The notes below the pieces were generated by a model, which saw only the letters and a list, made by a program, of their open reading frames with translations, searched no databases and had not been told where the DNA came from. Below are positions 10,309 to 22,199 of a stretch of DNA of 58,820 bases, one piece after another (the stretch's first letter is position 1; each line of letters opens with the position of its first letter). The position numbers and the translations under genes are program-made. Origin of the DNA: Basidiobolus meristosporus CBS 931.73 (lineage: Eukaryota; Fungi; Basidiobolomycota); assembly GCA_002104905.1 (NCBI GenBank), contig MCFE01000555.1:1-58820 (forward strand), read 5' to 3'.

Positions 10309-13300
10309 ATGGAAGATGATGAAGGTACATATTTCCAGAGAGTTTGCGTTGCACAGAGGGTTTCGCTTCATTCACTCACAAGAACCATTGGCCCATTCAA
10401 TAAATCTTCTGCTTGGACTAACCGCATTTCTCTTTATGTAGTGGAGATTTGCCGAGTGTGTCGGTCAGAAGGAACTCCAGAAGATCCTTTGTTCTACCCG
10501 TGTAAATGTTCTGGAAGTATCAAGTTTGTTCACCAAGACTGGTAAGCCGTATAGCGACAAGTGACACAACGGGATTTATTTTATTCAATTCCTTTTCCCG
10601 TGTTCAATAGCTTAATCCAGTGGCTCTCACACAGCAAAAAAAAGTAAGCCCTCAATGGATCCCGATTCTGGGGCAGTTGTACTTAACAACACCCTTTCTC
10701 TAGGTACTGCGAATTATGCAAACATCCGTTCACCTTCACCCCTAGTAAGTCGGCTGTCGGTACGAAACATGCGTTCCTCACGCTAACCGTGGATTCTAGT
10801 TTACGATCCTGCGATGCCTGAGAACATACCTTTTCTCCTTTTCTTGAAGCGAATTCCCCTTCGGATTTTTTTGGCAATTCAAACTTGGATTCGTGCGATA
10901 TTTGTTGCTTTCATGTGGCTTATTTTCCTACCTTACGTGACGGTCTGGATGGTCAGGTTTTATTTCTGGCTTGGAGATGTGCTTGCTTTTGCTGCTAGTG
11001 GTGAGGAGGCCTTACTTGGGGGTAATCGGACTTCTTTGCCTGCCGGGAATGACCTCACCTCAAAGAATGTCTCTTCCTCGCTTCTTCTTGATGCACTCTC
11101 CAACATGGACAAGGAGAATTCGGACTTCTACAGAGATTTAGCCGGGTATTGTATATGTCGAGAGTCCTCGAGTCACCACATATTACTCACCACTTAAAAT
11201 AGCAATTTTCTAGCTGATTGTTTTGAAGGGCAGATTATAACCTGTGTTATTGTCGTATTGTTCGTTACTGGATTCCTGATCAGGGAATGGATTCTTCAAA
11301 ATGGCCCTATCGATATGGATGGCTTGGAAAATAACAACCCGAACATAAGAGAGTTCCAACCACCCGTAGCTCCCGCCCCTCCTCCCCCACCTCAAGCGCC
11401 TGAGCTACGTGAGGACAATATCAATCGTCTATTGCGGCCCCCATTAAATGACAATCTACCCGATTCATTTGGCGGACTAAATCAACCGGACAACCGTAGA
11501 CGAGCCGATCCAACCGTACCTGCTGATGGTCATAACGTTTTTGGCGAAGAAAATAGCTCATTTTCATTTAATTTTGTTCCTCCTAATACTGTCGATCATG
11601 CGACTGAGAAAACCAGTGACGATGATTCCCAGTCGCCGGAAACATCCATGCCAAGCACATCCACCCATGCCCATACCCAGGCTATGTCTTCTATGTCTAT
11701 TGAAGACAATCTAGCCGGAGGGTTATCTATGGGTAAAGGAAAATCAAAGAGTGCTTCGGCGCTGTTTACTTCGGATATTCTGACTTGGGAGAATCTCTTC
11801 AAAGCCTCCATAGAGGGGTCCGATTCTATTGACTGGTCCGAAGTCAGCCCAAGGTTATTTATGAAGCCATTTGGAGAGGCTAAGGATGGCCTTACTGAGG
11901 AACAGATTCAAGCTTCCCAGGCCATGCGTGATAGAATGGTTGCTCAGAAGTCGAATGGGTCGGTTTCGATATTCCCCTCCGATATACTTGTCTGGGAGCA
12001 ACTTGTTAGAGAATCGCCTATTTCTAGCGAGTGGAATCTTGTTGACCCTCGGTTGTTTATGAAGCCGTTTGGTTCCTTGAGAACTGGCTTTTCAGCGGAC
12101 AAGATGGAGGAAATATCGAAAGCGCGTGCCATGGTGGTCTCCAAATTCTTCGCTCGTGAGTTTGGTAAAGAGCATCTCACTCTGGATTCGCTTAAGGGCG
12201 AGAATAGCTCTGACTCTGGACTCGACGAAGATGAGGATATTCATTTCGAAGGATCGGTCCCTACCTTGATCCTCTCTGATGTACCGAAGGACGAGGCAGA
12301 GTCTGGTGGTCTCGGGGGTGCTGCAGACAATAGCAGCATCGGTAACGATCAAATTGATTCAGATGTGAAGGATGAGCCATTGGACTCCATTAGTTGTGAA
12401 GAGAAAAGCGTGGCTCCGGAGTCATCAAAGTCAACTGGTATGATTACTGTACTTTGAGTTTCCCCATCTTGACTTACTCATCTATGCATCCTGACAGCGG
12501 TCATTTCTGAAGACTTGCCTCTGGAATCAACTCAAGATTTGCTGACTTTTGAAGATGGCGTTGAGCCTCAACATCTGCCATCAACCTCGGATGATGTATT
12601 TCCTACGTCCATTGACACAGAGACACTACCAGAGTCATCAGGAGATGGCCCTTCGGAAGAGGCTGATGTGGCAATGAAAGGAGACGCAGGTTCGTCAAGC
12701 CAGGCAGCAGAGGGCGTACCAGCCACGGACAATGAGGATCAATCAGAGCCAGAGGAGTTGGAGCTTGTGGATGGTCCTCCAGCAGAAGAAAATGGTGAGG
12801 AGGGCGGCATATTTCAGCATATCCGCAACTGGGTGGAGAATTTGGAAGATGACGAGCAGATCGAGAGAAACGGAGAGAATGATGGCAACAATGAGCCAGC
12901 AGCAGTCAATGAAGAGAACGCCAACAATGGGGGAGATATCCCTCTTGCCGAAGGAAACGCCGGGGATGATTTGGATGGGGTCCTTGAAGCTATCGGGATG
13001 AGAGGACCTTTCTGGATGCTGTTCCAGAACTCTCTGCTAATGGTTGTGTTGATTAGTTTCTGTCTAAGTCTGGCTGTGTGTTTGCCCTATTCGATTGGTA
13101 AAACGGTCATCCTGATCAAGCCTCTGACCATTCTTAGTCTTCCGATTCGCATTCTTCGTACTATCACCGATCCTCTAATTGATTTTCTCCTGGATACGCT
13201 GTTTCCATGGCTGTGGGCCAGTATCACTAGCTTAGCGGCTAGATTTGTCGAGCCGGTCTTCAGCACTTTCATGGATGTAGGATACTACCTTGACGTTTTC

Positions 13301-15940
13301 GCACAATACGGCCAATCTTTGGGCACACATGTCAGCACGTTATGGGAGGCCGTTCAATCTACTTTGTTCCAAAACGCTACCGTTGTCGAAAATATCGATT
13401 CAGCTGCACGAAACCAAAGTTTGCTGGAATACTGGCTCCAAGATTCAGCTATGTTCCAAAGCAGTCTTGTGTTCTGGAATAACCTCGCTTTCGGAACAAG
13501 CTATTTCTACAAGATGTCCACGGTTGGCGTAGGTTATCTAGTGCTTGGCTTAGTTGCCATGTGGTATTTGGCACGCACCGAGAACATGTATGGGCAGAAT
13601 GTGGTCAGAGCCGCACGACGAACGATACAGCTAGCTGGCTCATGCTTGAAGGTTATCTTCTTCATCGTCATCGAGTTGATTCTGTTCCCCATCATTTGCG
13701 GGTATCTTTTGGATATTTCGACACTTCCCGTCTTTCCCAATGCCTCCATCAGCTCGCGTTGGCTGTTCCAGCGCCAATCCCCCATCACTTGCATTTTCCT
13801 GCACTGGTTTGCTGGGACTGGCTTCATGTTCCACTTCTCAGTGTTTATTGCGCAGTGCCGGAAAGTAGTCCGACCGGGTGTCATGTGGTTCATTCGGGAT
13901 CCCAACGATCCACAGTTTCACCCGATGCGAGAGATCTTGGAAAGAAGCGTATTCGCCCAGTTACGGAAGATCGCCGTTTCGGGCTTGATGTACATGGGAA
14001 TGATTTTGCTGGGATTGGGAACGGTGGTGTACGCGGTTGCCTGGATCTCGAGCACCGTTTTGCCACTAAGGCTTGACTTGAGGTTGGATGGACTGTAAGA
14101 TATATATCTGCAAATGATCGCGCAGCTCTAACATTTATTCTAACTTTCAATTAACAGTGCCGCTGTGTCGAACATCCCCATAGATCTGCTAGTCTATCAC
14201 TTGGTGATCCCTCTCACCCTGAGCTCTACACGCCCAAAACGGATATTCACTGGGCTATTTGAACAGTGGTGGCGAATCACTTCTCGCTCCCTTCGACTCA
14301 CCTCGTTTATGTTCGGAGGGCGGAAGGCCAGCGAAGAGTATTCCTTGACCTTCGCCACCTGGCAGAAGAACCTGCAATGGATTTTCTCCACCCAAACCCG
14401 AGCTGACGCTATTCTAAAAGGAGATGCTGTAGAGACGAAGGATGGCGGCTTCTTACGGGTGCCTAATTTCGACAGTGCCCCATTGAATCCACAAAGAAGG
14501 ATGTTGATCCCCGTTGAAGAGGACGGAACACCAATCAACCCCGCTGATGCTGCTTTACTCAATGATTCGAACACCAATATTGTCTACTCTCCGCCCAACT
14601 TCAAATTTAGAGTAAGTGCTGGGTTTGACTGTTGCTTGGCATATCACCACTAATACCCTTCACTAGCTCATTGCATTCTTGTTCTTGATGTGGTTCTCTG
14701 GATCGATGTTTGGCTGTACACTGCTCATCACACCGCGTGAGTGTCACCCTTAGCATTGTCAAAAGTAGTCTACGCTAACCTCAGTAATCCCTTCTAGTTT
14801 TGGTGGGAAGACTGATTCTTGGAAGATTGCTGCCTAATCTGGCCACCATCCACGACGGGTACTCGTTCTTCACAGGTTTATACTTCGTTTGGGGCTGCCT
14901 GTTGGCCTTGGAGTGGGTTCTCCGCAAATTTGTGGCCTATTACAACTGGAACGGGGATTTGGAGATCGTGAAGCAAACATGTCGACGCTATATCATCACC
15001 GTAAGTTCAGAAATTTTCATCAGCCCCTGGGTACATCTAACTAAGCGGATGCAACGGTAGCTCTTGAAATTCGTATATATCTTCGTAACGCTGGGAATGA
15101 TCATCCCGTGCCTCATGTCACTGGCTGTTCAGCTTTACATTGTGTACCCAATAGTTAATCGTCAGCCGCAAAGCATTCCAGTGTTCCTTCTGCAGGTTAG
15201 TGTTCTCCACAATTGCTGACCACCTGCTCGTTCCTAACCAGCGACTTCAATAGAACTGGGCTATCGGAGTCATCTACGGGAAGATTGCCTATCAACTTGT
15301 CTTCATCTTGCCTGAGAATAGATGGAGTGCTGCTATCAACCAAGTACGTAGCCCAATACCTGATAGGCCGCACTTCACACCTCTAATTGAATTACTATAT
15401 AGATAACCCAGGGACAAGGGCTTCGAAACCCGGACATCGTGGCAATCACGAAATCCCTCGTTCTACCAATTGGAGGCACCGCCCTTGGTGCCGTGATAGC
15501 GCCAGTATTGTTTGCCTATGCCACCGAGAGATACCAAGGTAAGCGATTGCAAATGTCGGGTCATCTTGAGCAGTGCACTAACCACGACCGCAGGCTCCGC
15601 TCTGATGAGTAGTCCTGATACCTACCGACTGGCTTACCCGGTCACCCTTACTGTTGTTGTTTGCTATTTCGTTCAGAAGAAGTCGATTGCATTGTACTAT
15701 CAATGGATGGGTTCTATTCGTGATGAAGAGTATGTCATAGGACGTAAACTGGAGAACTTCCAACACGTCAGTAAGGCCGCTACAACTAGCCACCAAGAGC
15801 CCGAAACCTCGGATCTTGGACAGGACCAGGACGATGAAGCCCAGCCTTTACTAGATAACCATGAGACGGACTCCGAGCAGTCCAGTGATTCAGAAAGTCA
15901 TAACCAACCCACAATAGAGCCTGTCCCAACGGAAGAATAG
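10309..15940 (+). CDS. SSM4: ERAD E3 ubiquitin ligase Doa10/Ssm4/MARCH6 (RING-CH plus multi-TM)
   Basis: [48 protein letters not shown]; TD domain LHW..G..FMFHF..F....[24 protein letters not shown]; C-terminal [15 protein letters not shown]. Many introns; internal boundaries not all fixed. Confidence 0.95.
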
Positions 15941-16186
15941 GCGGCATTCCAAGGATGTGTGCTGCTCTTCTTTAGTACTTTACAGAGTTGCGTGTATAAC
16001 AAATTCCATATCTTTGTCTCATTCTATAAATATTTCATTACCTACAACCCGTGTGTTTATGTAAATGCTCTGAAAGCAAGATGTTGATCGTGCGGTGTGG
16101 TTCCCGAAAAGGAAATGGGGGTAGGCAAAATGTGATTTATATGCGGCGAAATTTGACCCACCAGTGAACCTCTATTGACCGAAAGC

Positions 16187-19100
16187 ATGTCTTCAAAAGA
16201 GAAGTCCAATCTCGTAGCTAAGCAGTTGTTAAGGTGAATGAAGCTTCTTGGCCTTCAGACTATCTCTCGTATGTGTCTGAGCAGGGTAGATATACTTAGC
16301 TAATTTTTCAAGTGACATACTGCGATACGAAGATGACCTGAAGACTTCCGAGCTTCAAACACGACAGGCCAAAACACGGGAGACAGCAGTGGCGGCTGCA
16401 GTAGAAGCGGCTCATATCCGGAGCAAGTATTACCTTCTTCCTTTAAGTTTGAACTGTACGAGAATCTGTACTGATCCTTGGAAAGCTTGAAGGATCTATA
16501 CGAAGAGCTAATCCTGTCCGACCTGAAACTCGCAAAGGAAAACGACATTGAGGAGCGTTTATGGCATACCATTTTCCATGGGCCCATCAAGATGTTACGG
16601 GGTCAGCTGAGTAAAATGCAGGTAGCGCTACTCTGAAGCAGTTGTTCCCAGTTGAATGCCCCTTTACCAAGTGTCCTCTTTAGTCCAAAGATTCCACCGC
16701 CATTCAACGTTCTCGTGTTGAATTAAGTCGATTGTTCGAGTTGGGGACCGGGTTCTATCATACCTTACTCAATAGCGTCAAATTACAGTCCGACATTAAC
16801 CTGGACACTTTTGGTTTTGGTAATTCCCTTTCGACTTGATACTGAAGCGTCTTTGACGTGAAAATATGCTGAATTGGTTTGTTAGACCTGTTGAAGCTGA
16901 AAGAGACGAAGTTCCCGAAGTACAAGGAGATAGGTGCAGCGTGCATTCAACGATGCTTAACGTATCTAGGCGACTTGTCGAGATATCAAGAGGATTCCAC
17001 CGAAAAGGAGATCAAAGACTGGTCACTAGCTCGCGATTTTTACGCACAGGCGGTTCGTGTATACCCGGATAGCGGTAATGCTTCTTTATCCTAGACGGCT
17101 TCATATGCGGCACCGGTCGCTCATTCCATCCTAACAGGTAGACCTCATGGACAACTTGCCTTACTTGCTACATATTCTGGCAATCACATAGAAGCAATCT
17201 ACTGGAATTGCCTCAGGTAAAACAACCTGCGTAGTACTGTTGAGCGAGCAGACACCCTAACAAACTCGCGATAGCCTTGTTACGAAATACCCCTCCTCCA
17301 TAGCGAGAAGCAACCTGCAAACGCTTTACGCCACTGTCACAAAAGCCACCGACAATACATCTTTTGAGTAAGCACTACAACCGACTCGCACTGTTACCAC
17401 CTGACCTGACTCTGGCGTCAAACCTTTACAGCGGGTTCGAACGATTTACCACATTATTTGTGAAGCTACAGGCCAGACTCCTCTTTTCCAATTCTAGGTA
17501 TTGGCTCCCATATAAGTCCTTTGAAGGCCTGAGCCCAACTAATATCTTCCTCTATAGCGAGGAGCCAATTCAGGACCTGGAGACCCAGGTCACTGACTAT
17601 CTTGAAAAGCTATTATTGAACGGGTTAGGGGAAGACGCCTACAAGCAAAGCGTTCGCATCATTACCATCTGCATCGCGACACTTTGGGATTTATTTGGCC
17701 GTCTTAAGGATAGCTCAGGTAGGCTTGCAGCCGAGCCAATGCTACAAAGCCAGACAACCGCTAACGTTTTAAGTTAGGCACCTCGCAAAATCTCCAAGCG
17801 GCGAAGCTTGCTCAATTCCAGACGCTCTCGTTGATATTGAGACTCCAGATCACTTATTTCCAATCTCCAGTCTTTACCAAGATCCGGTGGTCTGAGATGG
17901 ACTCACCCGAGTGGAAGCTAAACGAATTCCAAAGTGCCATCTTGTCCACGCTCACCATTTGGACTAGCTTCTGTCTGTCCAACTTCGAGTACATAACGCA
18001 GCTCTACCAGAGTTCCAAGTCGGATCCCGATCTAAAACACGTCCAAACAGTGAGTGGGATGCACTCTGATTGGATTTCTAGTGTACTCACACGATTTTAG
18101 AATGTAGAGGTGTTTATACATATGTACATCGATCTGCTGAACTTGCTTCCCACCAGCTGCGACCGAAAGATCGAGTCTACTGAGTATCTCTCTGAAGATG
18201 TGATGTTGTTGGGCATCCAGCCCCTTCGCAAGCTTCACAAGGAGCTCACCATTGGTCCACTGCTCCAGATGCGACATCAATCTCCAGTTCAGAAGACCCA
18301 GGCCCAGCTCAACCGAATCAGAAAGCTAGCCTTCAAGCTTCACGAGAGCGATGTAAGTCTCCGAGTGTGTAGTATTTACCTTTTAGCGGAAGTTAACATT
18401 GGCCTCTAGGTATTTGATCTGGTTCAATACAATGATGCGGAAATGAAGTATATTATCGTGAACGAAGGCGTGAAGCTCCAAAACAAAGAGCGCCTTATGA
18501 AAGCTATGGCACAGCAACTACTGATTGATCAGGTGAACTCTCTAGAGCAAGATCTGGCACGTATGCCAGCCCCCAAGTCCGCTGCTCAGAAGAATACTGT
18601 TCTGCGACAGATCATCCTGGACGTCGGGGTGTTCCTGGATCATCTTCCCAAGATTAAACGATGGATTAGCACTCGGAAGTGCGTGATTATTGTGCCATTG
18701 GAAGGTTCGTATTCGTGGGATGTCCGAACAAGATTGCAGCTAATCGCTCTTCGTACCACCAGTGATTGAGTCACTTGATGATCTTAAGAAGGGAACCGGC
18801 AGTTTAAATGCTCGCGCCCGCGAGGTGATCCGTTTTTTGGAAGGAAAATTCAAGGTCGCTGATCAATTCATTCGTCCTCAGCGACCCAGCGAGCAACTGT
18901 CCGACTGGAGCGAGGCACAGAGCTACTTCCTCGAGGAGGACGAGGAGGAGTTCGAGGGAGACGAAGAAGATGAGGAATTCTATGGACCACGCACCATCGA
19001 TCATGTGCCTCTGGAATATCGCCCCCTGCTTGGGTGCTACTTTTATCACAAGAATATCGCAGCCAAGATATCCACCCTTATCCCCACACTACTCATAGTA

Positions 19101-19190
19101 GAGGACGTGGAACTTTTATCGTACGCGCAATGGTTCGATATCCAGAGCATGGACGTGAATCAGTTTGTCGAATGGCTAGGCCAGCAGTAA
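16187..19190 (+). CDS. Est1/SMG5-7 family NMD factor with TPR/14-3-3-like N-terminus and C-terminal PIN domain (SMG5-like)
   Basis: LYEELILSDLKLAKENDIEERLWHTIFH; QRCLTYLGDLSRYQE..ARDFYAQAVRVYPDSG.PHGQLALL; RLMKAMAQQLL; PIN IILDVGVFLDHL..IIVPLEVIESLDDLKKG..AREVIRFLE. Confidence 0.85.
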
Positions 19191-19314
19191 TACCGCCGCC
19201 ATTATTTAGAAATGAAGCGAAATAAATCCCGTGTTTAATTAATCATCTAAAGTAGGTAATGGGGAGCAAGTGTAGAGCATTTTTTTTTGGAATAAATACA
19301 AGTGAGGTTGAAGG

Positions 19315-20280
19315 TTAAATGGAGGGCGTCCGTGCTTTCGGGATTCCAAGATAGAGGTCCCAAGGATTCGACTGAGCATCGTCGGTGAGAACTGCGTCCG
19401 GGTGGTTCAGTGACTGCGTAAGAGCAATCTTCTGATTCACCAAGTTCATGGCGGCTGCGCGGTCTTTTTGACGAACCTCGTGGGCAAATGCAACCTGCTT
19501 CGTGGCTAGCCAGGCATTGAGAACCCCTACGGAAATGTGTTAAGTAAATAGGCAGGATGAGGTACAACCACGTTAGTATGGAGGCTTACAACAAATGTTG
19601 AGAAACTGTCGGGTGTTTCCTGAGGCTACGTTGGCTAATAGCAGCGAGGCAAGTATGATGAAGGAAACGCAAATGGCTAGAGGGTAAGTGAAGCCTTGGC
19701 GAATCACGGTAGATAGAACCGCGCTTGGGGTCAATTGGCTCTGCTTGTACACTCTCATGAGGTACAAACTGCACAAGAAGATAATCACCATCGCTTCGCT
19801 CCCGATTATCCCCAACACCCACTTATTCGTTTCCACTTCACGGCAAAGATTGATCTGGCCCACTTCGAACTCCACGGAGATATTGCTTTGGATGACGAAG
19901 TACAGGCGAACGACCTGTAAGAGAACACATACGACGGCGATGAACTTGGAGGATTTGTTGGCGTAGTACGCCTTCAAGTACAATATGGTATCCACGCAAA
20001 GCAGCCCCAGATAACTCAGCACCGTGTACAGGAAATATGGGAAACGACAGCTCGGTGGCGGGTGAAATACGCTGATTAACTGCACTACCGTGTTGATGAG
20101 CAGCAGCGCGGCCTGTACGAAGTTCAATTTGAATATGATACTCTGCTCTATCAAGGAGATTTTTATCGACCGGTAGACGATGACCACAGCCACCGGGAAG
20201 GCGAACGCCGACACCATGGTGTTGAAGTTGAAGTCCAGGGCTTCCCGCTGTAATTCCGCTATGGCATCCATGACTGGCAA
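19315..20280 (-). CDS. Seven-transmembrane GPCR-like protein
   Basis: Listed 235-aa ORF plus a second exon after a GTAAG intron (..NIC|WVLNAWLATKQ..PSI*). Seven hydrophobic segments; Cys at the start of TM3 (SCR) and in the loop before TM5 (LCR), as for the GPCR disulfide. Confidence 0.7.
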
Positions 20281-20531
20281 TGCTCAAGGAAACAAGATTA
20301 AGGCAGATTCTGGTATACGAGGAGGAATGGGGAATATTTCCAGGCGCCCTTGATTATATTCCTCGCCGAGCGACCTCACTGTCCCACCCGCCCTTCCAAA
20401 TCTCGCCAATTGTCCTCCCCAATGAATCTGGTAGCACCCAGGAGGCCCCCGATCAATCCAACCGGTTCTTATAATTGTATGCTTCCTCTGCTCTAGACTC
20501 CCCAAGATAATCTCCCCCACCACCAGAGAAA

Positions 20532-20948
20532 TCAGGTTTTTTGCTCCCTTTTTTTGGTTTGGTGTTTCATAAGATATCTTCCGATTGACGCAAATGGCTG
20601 GATTATCCGTTGGAGCCGTTGATTAGTGGATTGGAGATGGATTGCCCCGAACGATAATCTACCCTTCTTGCAATAGGGCTGGCAAAGACATGCAGGCTTC
20701 TTGCAATAGGGCTGGCAAAGGCATGCAGGCTTCTTGCAATAGCGTTGGTAAAGACATGTGAGCTTCTTGCAATAGCGTCGGCAAAGACATGTGGGCTTCG
20801 TACAATAGCGTTGGCAAAGACACGCGGGCTTCTTGCAATAGCGTTGGCAAAGACATGTGGGCTTCTTACAACAGCGTTGGCAAAGACATGCGGGCTTCTT
20901 GCAATAGGGTTGGCAAAGGCATGCAGGCCTGTGACGCTCTGCTTCCAT
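20532..20948 (-). CDS. Possible Cys-rich repeat protein, (P-A/T-C-L-C-Q-R/P-Y-C-K-K) x8
   Basis: ATG-initiated 138-aa ORF spanning the whole minisatellite; 23 of 24 consensus Cys positions kept. No independent evidence of expression. Confidence 0.3.
   Translation of the reverse strand: MEAERHRPACLCQPYCKKPACLCQRCCKKPTCLCQRYCKKPACLCQRYCTKPTCLCRRYCKKLTCLYQRYCKKPACLCQPYCKKPACLCQPYCKKGRLSFGAIHLQSTNQRLQRIIQPFASIGRYLMKHQTKKREQKT
20664..20927. repeat. 33-bp minisatellite, 8 copies
   Basis: Consensus cttcttgcaatagcgttggcaaagacatgcggg; 8 x 33 = 264 nt with scattered substitutions and no indels. Confidence 0.97.
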
Positions 20949-21527
20949 CGAATTCTATGTATTGTAGTGGCCTCATTTCACTATTTGCGACAAGAGAGGG
21001 AGGCGGAATGGGATTGGGCACAAAGGGGGAGGTGGTTCAAATGCTGCTCCACCTTACGTCATCCTCAGTAAATTAAACCTTCATCACACTTACCAAGAAA
21101 CGTCAGTGGGTTATACCACATGTTACGCTTAATCTGTGGCTATTGCAGTGATCTAATAGGCTTCTCGGGGTCTTAGCTCCTCCAATATTGGCTCAATTAG
21201 ATCTCCGATGACTATGTGGAGGATCGCTAACACCGGCCAACATATCCTGACATCATTTTGACCTATGAAGACGCACAACTCCTACAACCGTGCTGGCTGA
21301 AGGGAGTGTCCATGAAATTTTACCAAGAATGTAGCGCTGCCATATAAGTCCAGCGGGTGATCTCATCGTCGAGGGAATGCTAATGATTGCGATGATTCAC
21401 TTCCGCGATTTTCAAATTAGTTGGACTGTCGACAGATCTGAGTGCATCGGTCATCCTTATAAAAAGACGAGCAGGCCCTCCGCTTCTCCCAATCGAATCG
21501 GCAACTTTCCCCCTTTACTCGACCTTG

Positions 21528-22199
21528 ATGGACCTTAAGTTTTTGATGAACCCAGCAGAGTCAGTGCCAGTGTCAGTGCCAGTGCACCAGACACCCACTG
21601 CTCCCTCCAAGCGGAGAAACTACATTTGTTTCCTGGCCGAGTGTGGCAAGTCCTTCTCAAGAAAGTCCGACCTTTCTCGACACGAAAAGATCCACACCGG
21701 CGAGCGGCCCTACTGTTGTGACTGGGAGTACTGTGGAAAGACCTTCATCCAACGCTCCGCTTTGGCAATCCACTACCGCACTCACACTGGCGAGCGGCCC
21801 CATCCTTGTGACCACCCCAATTGCCATAAATCGTTCAGTGATGTAAGTATTTCGTCATAGTATGCAACATCGTCATCATAATATGGGGGTTCGAGCTAAC
21901 TCCAAACCCATCTACAGTCATCATCTCTTGCGAGACACAAGCGATCACACACCGGCAAAAAGCCATACGAATGCCAGGCTCCAAACTGTGGTAAGCGATT
22001 CACACGCAAAACCACGTTGAAGAAACATCAGGCGGGGTCACATGGGACCGTGTACGACTACGAGCACAAGTATCCAATGGAGCCATCGGCCTCCCCATCA
22101 TCCACCTTCACCCCCTCAGTATTCTCGGAGCCTGCAACACCCACCAGCCCCATCTTCCACCATTCTTGGCTCAAGTCGGATGATCTATTGGCACTTTGA
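21528..22199 (+). CDS. C2H2 zinc-finger transcription factor (four fingers)
   Basis: Fingers with TGERP/TGKKP linkers; one GTAAGT intron at about 21843-21917; TATAAAA at about 21458. Confidence 0.9.
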
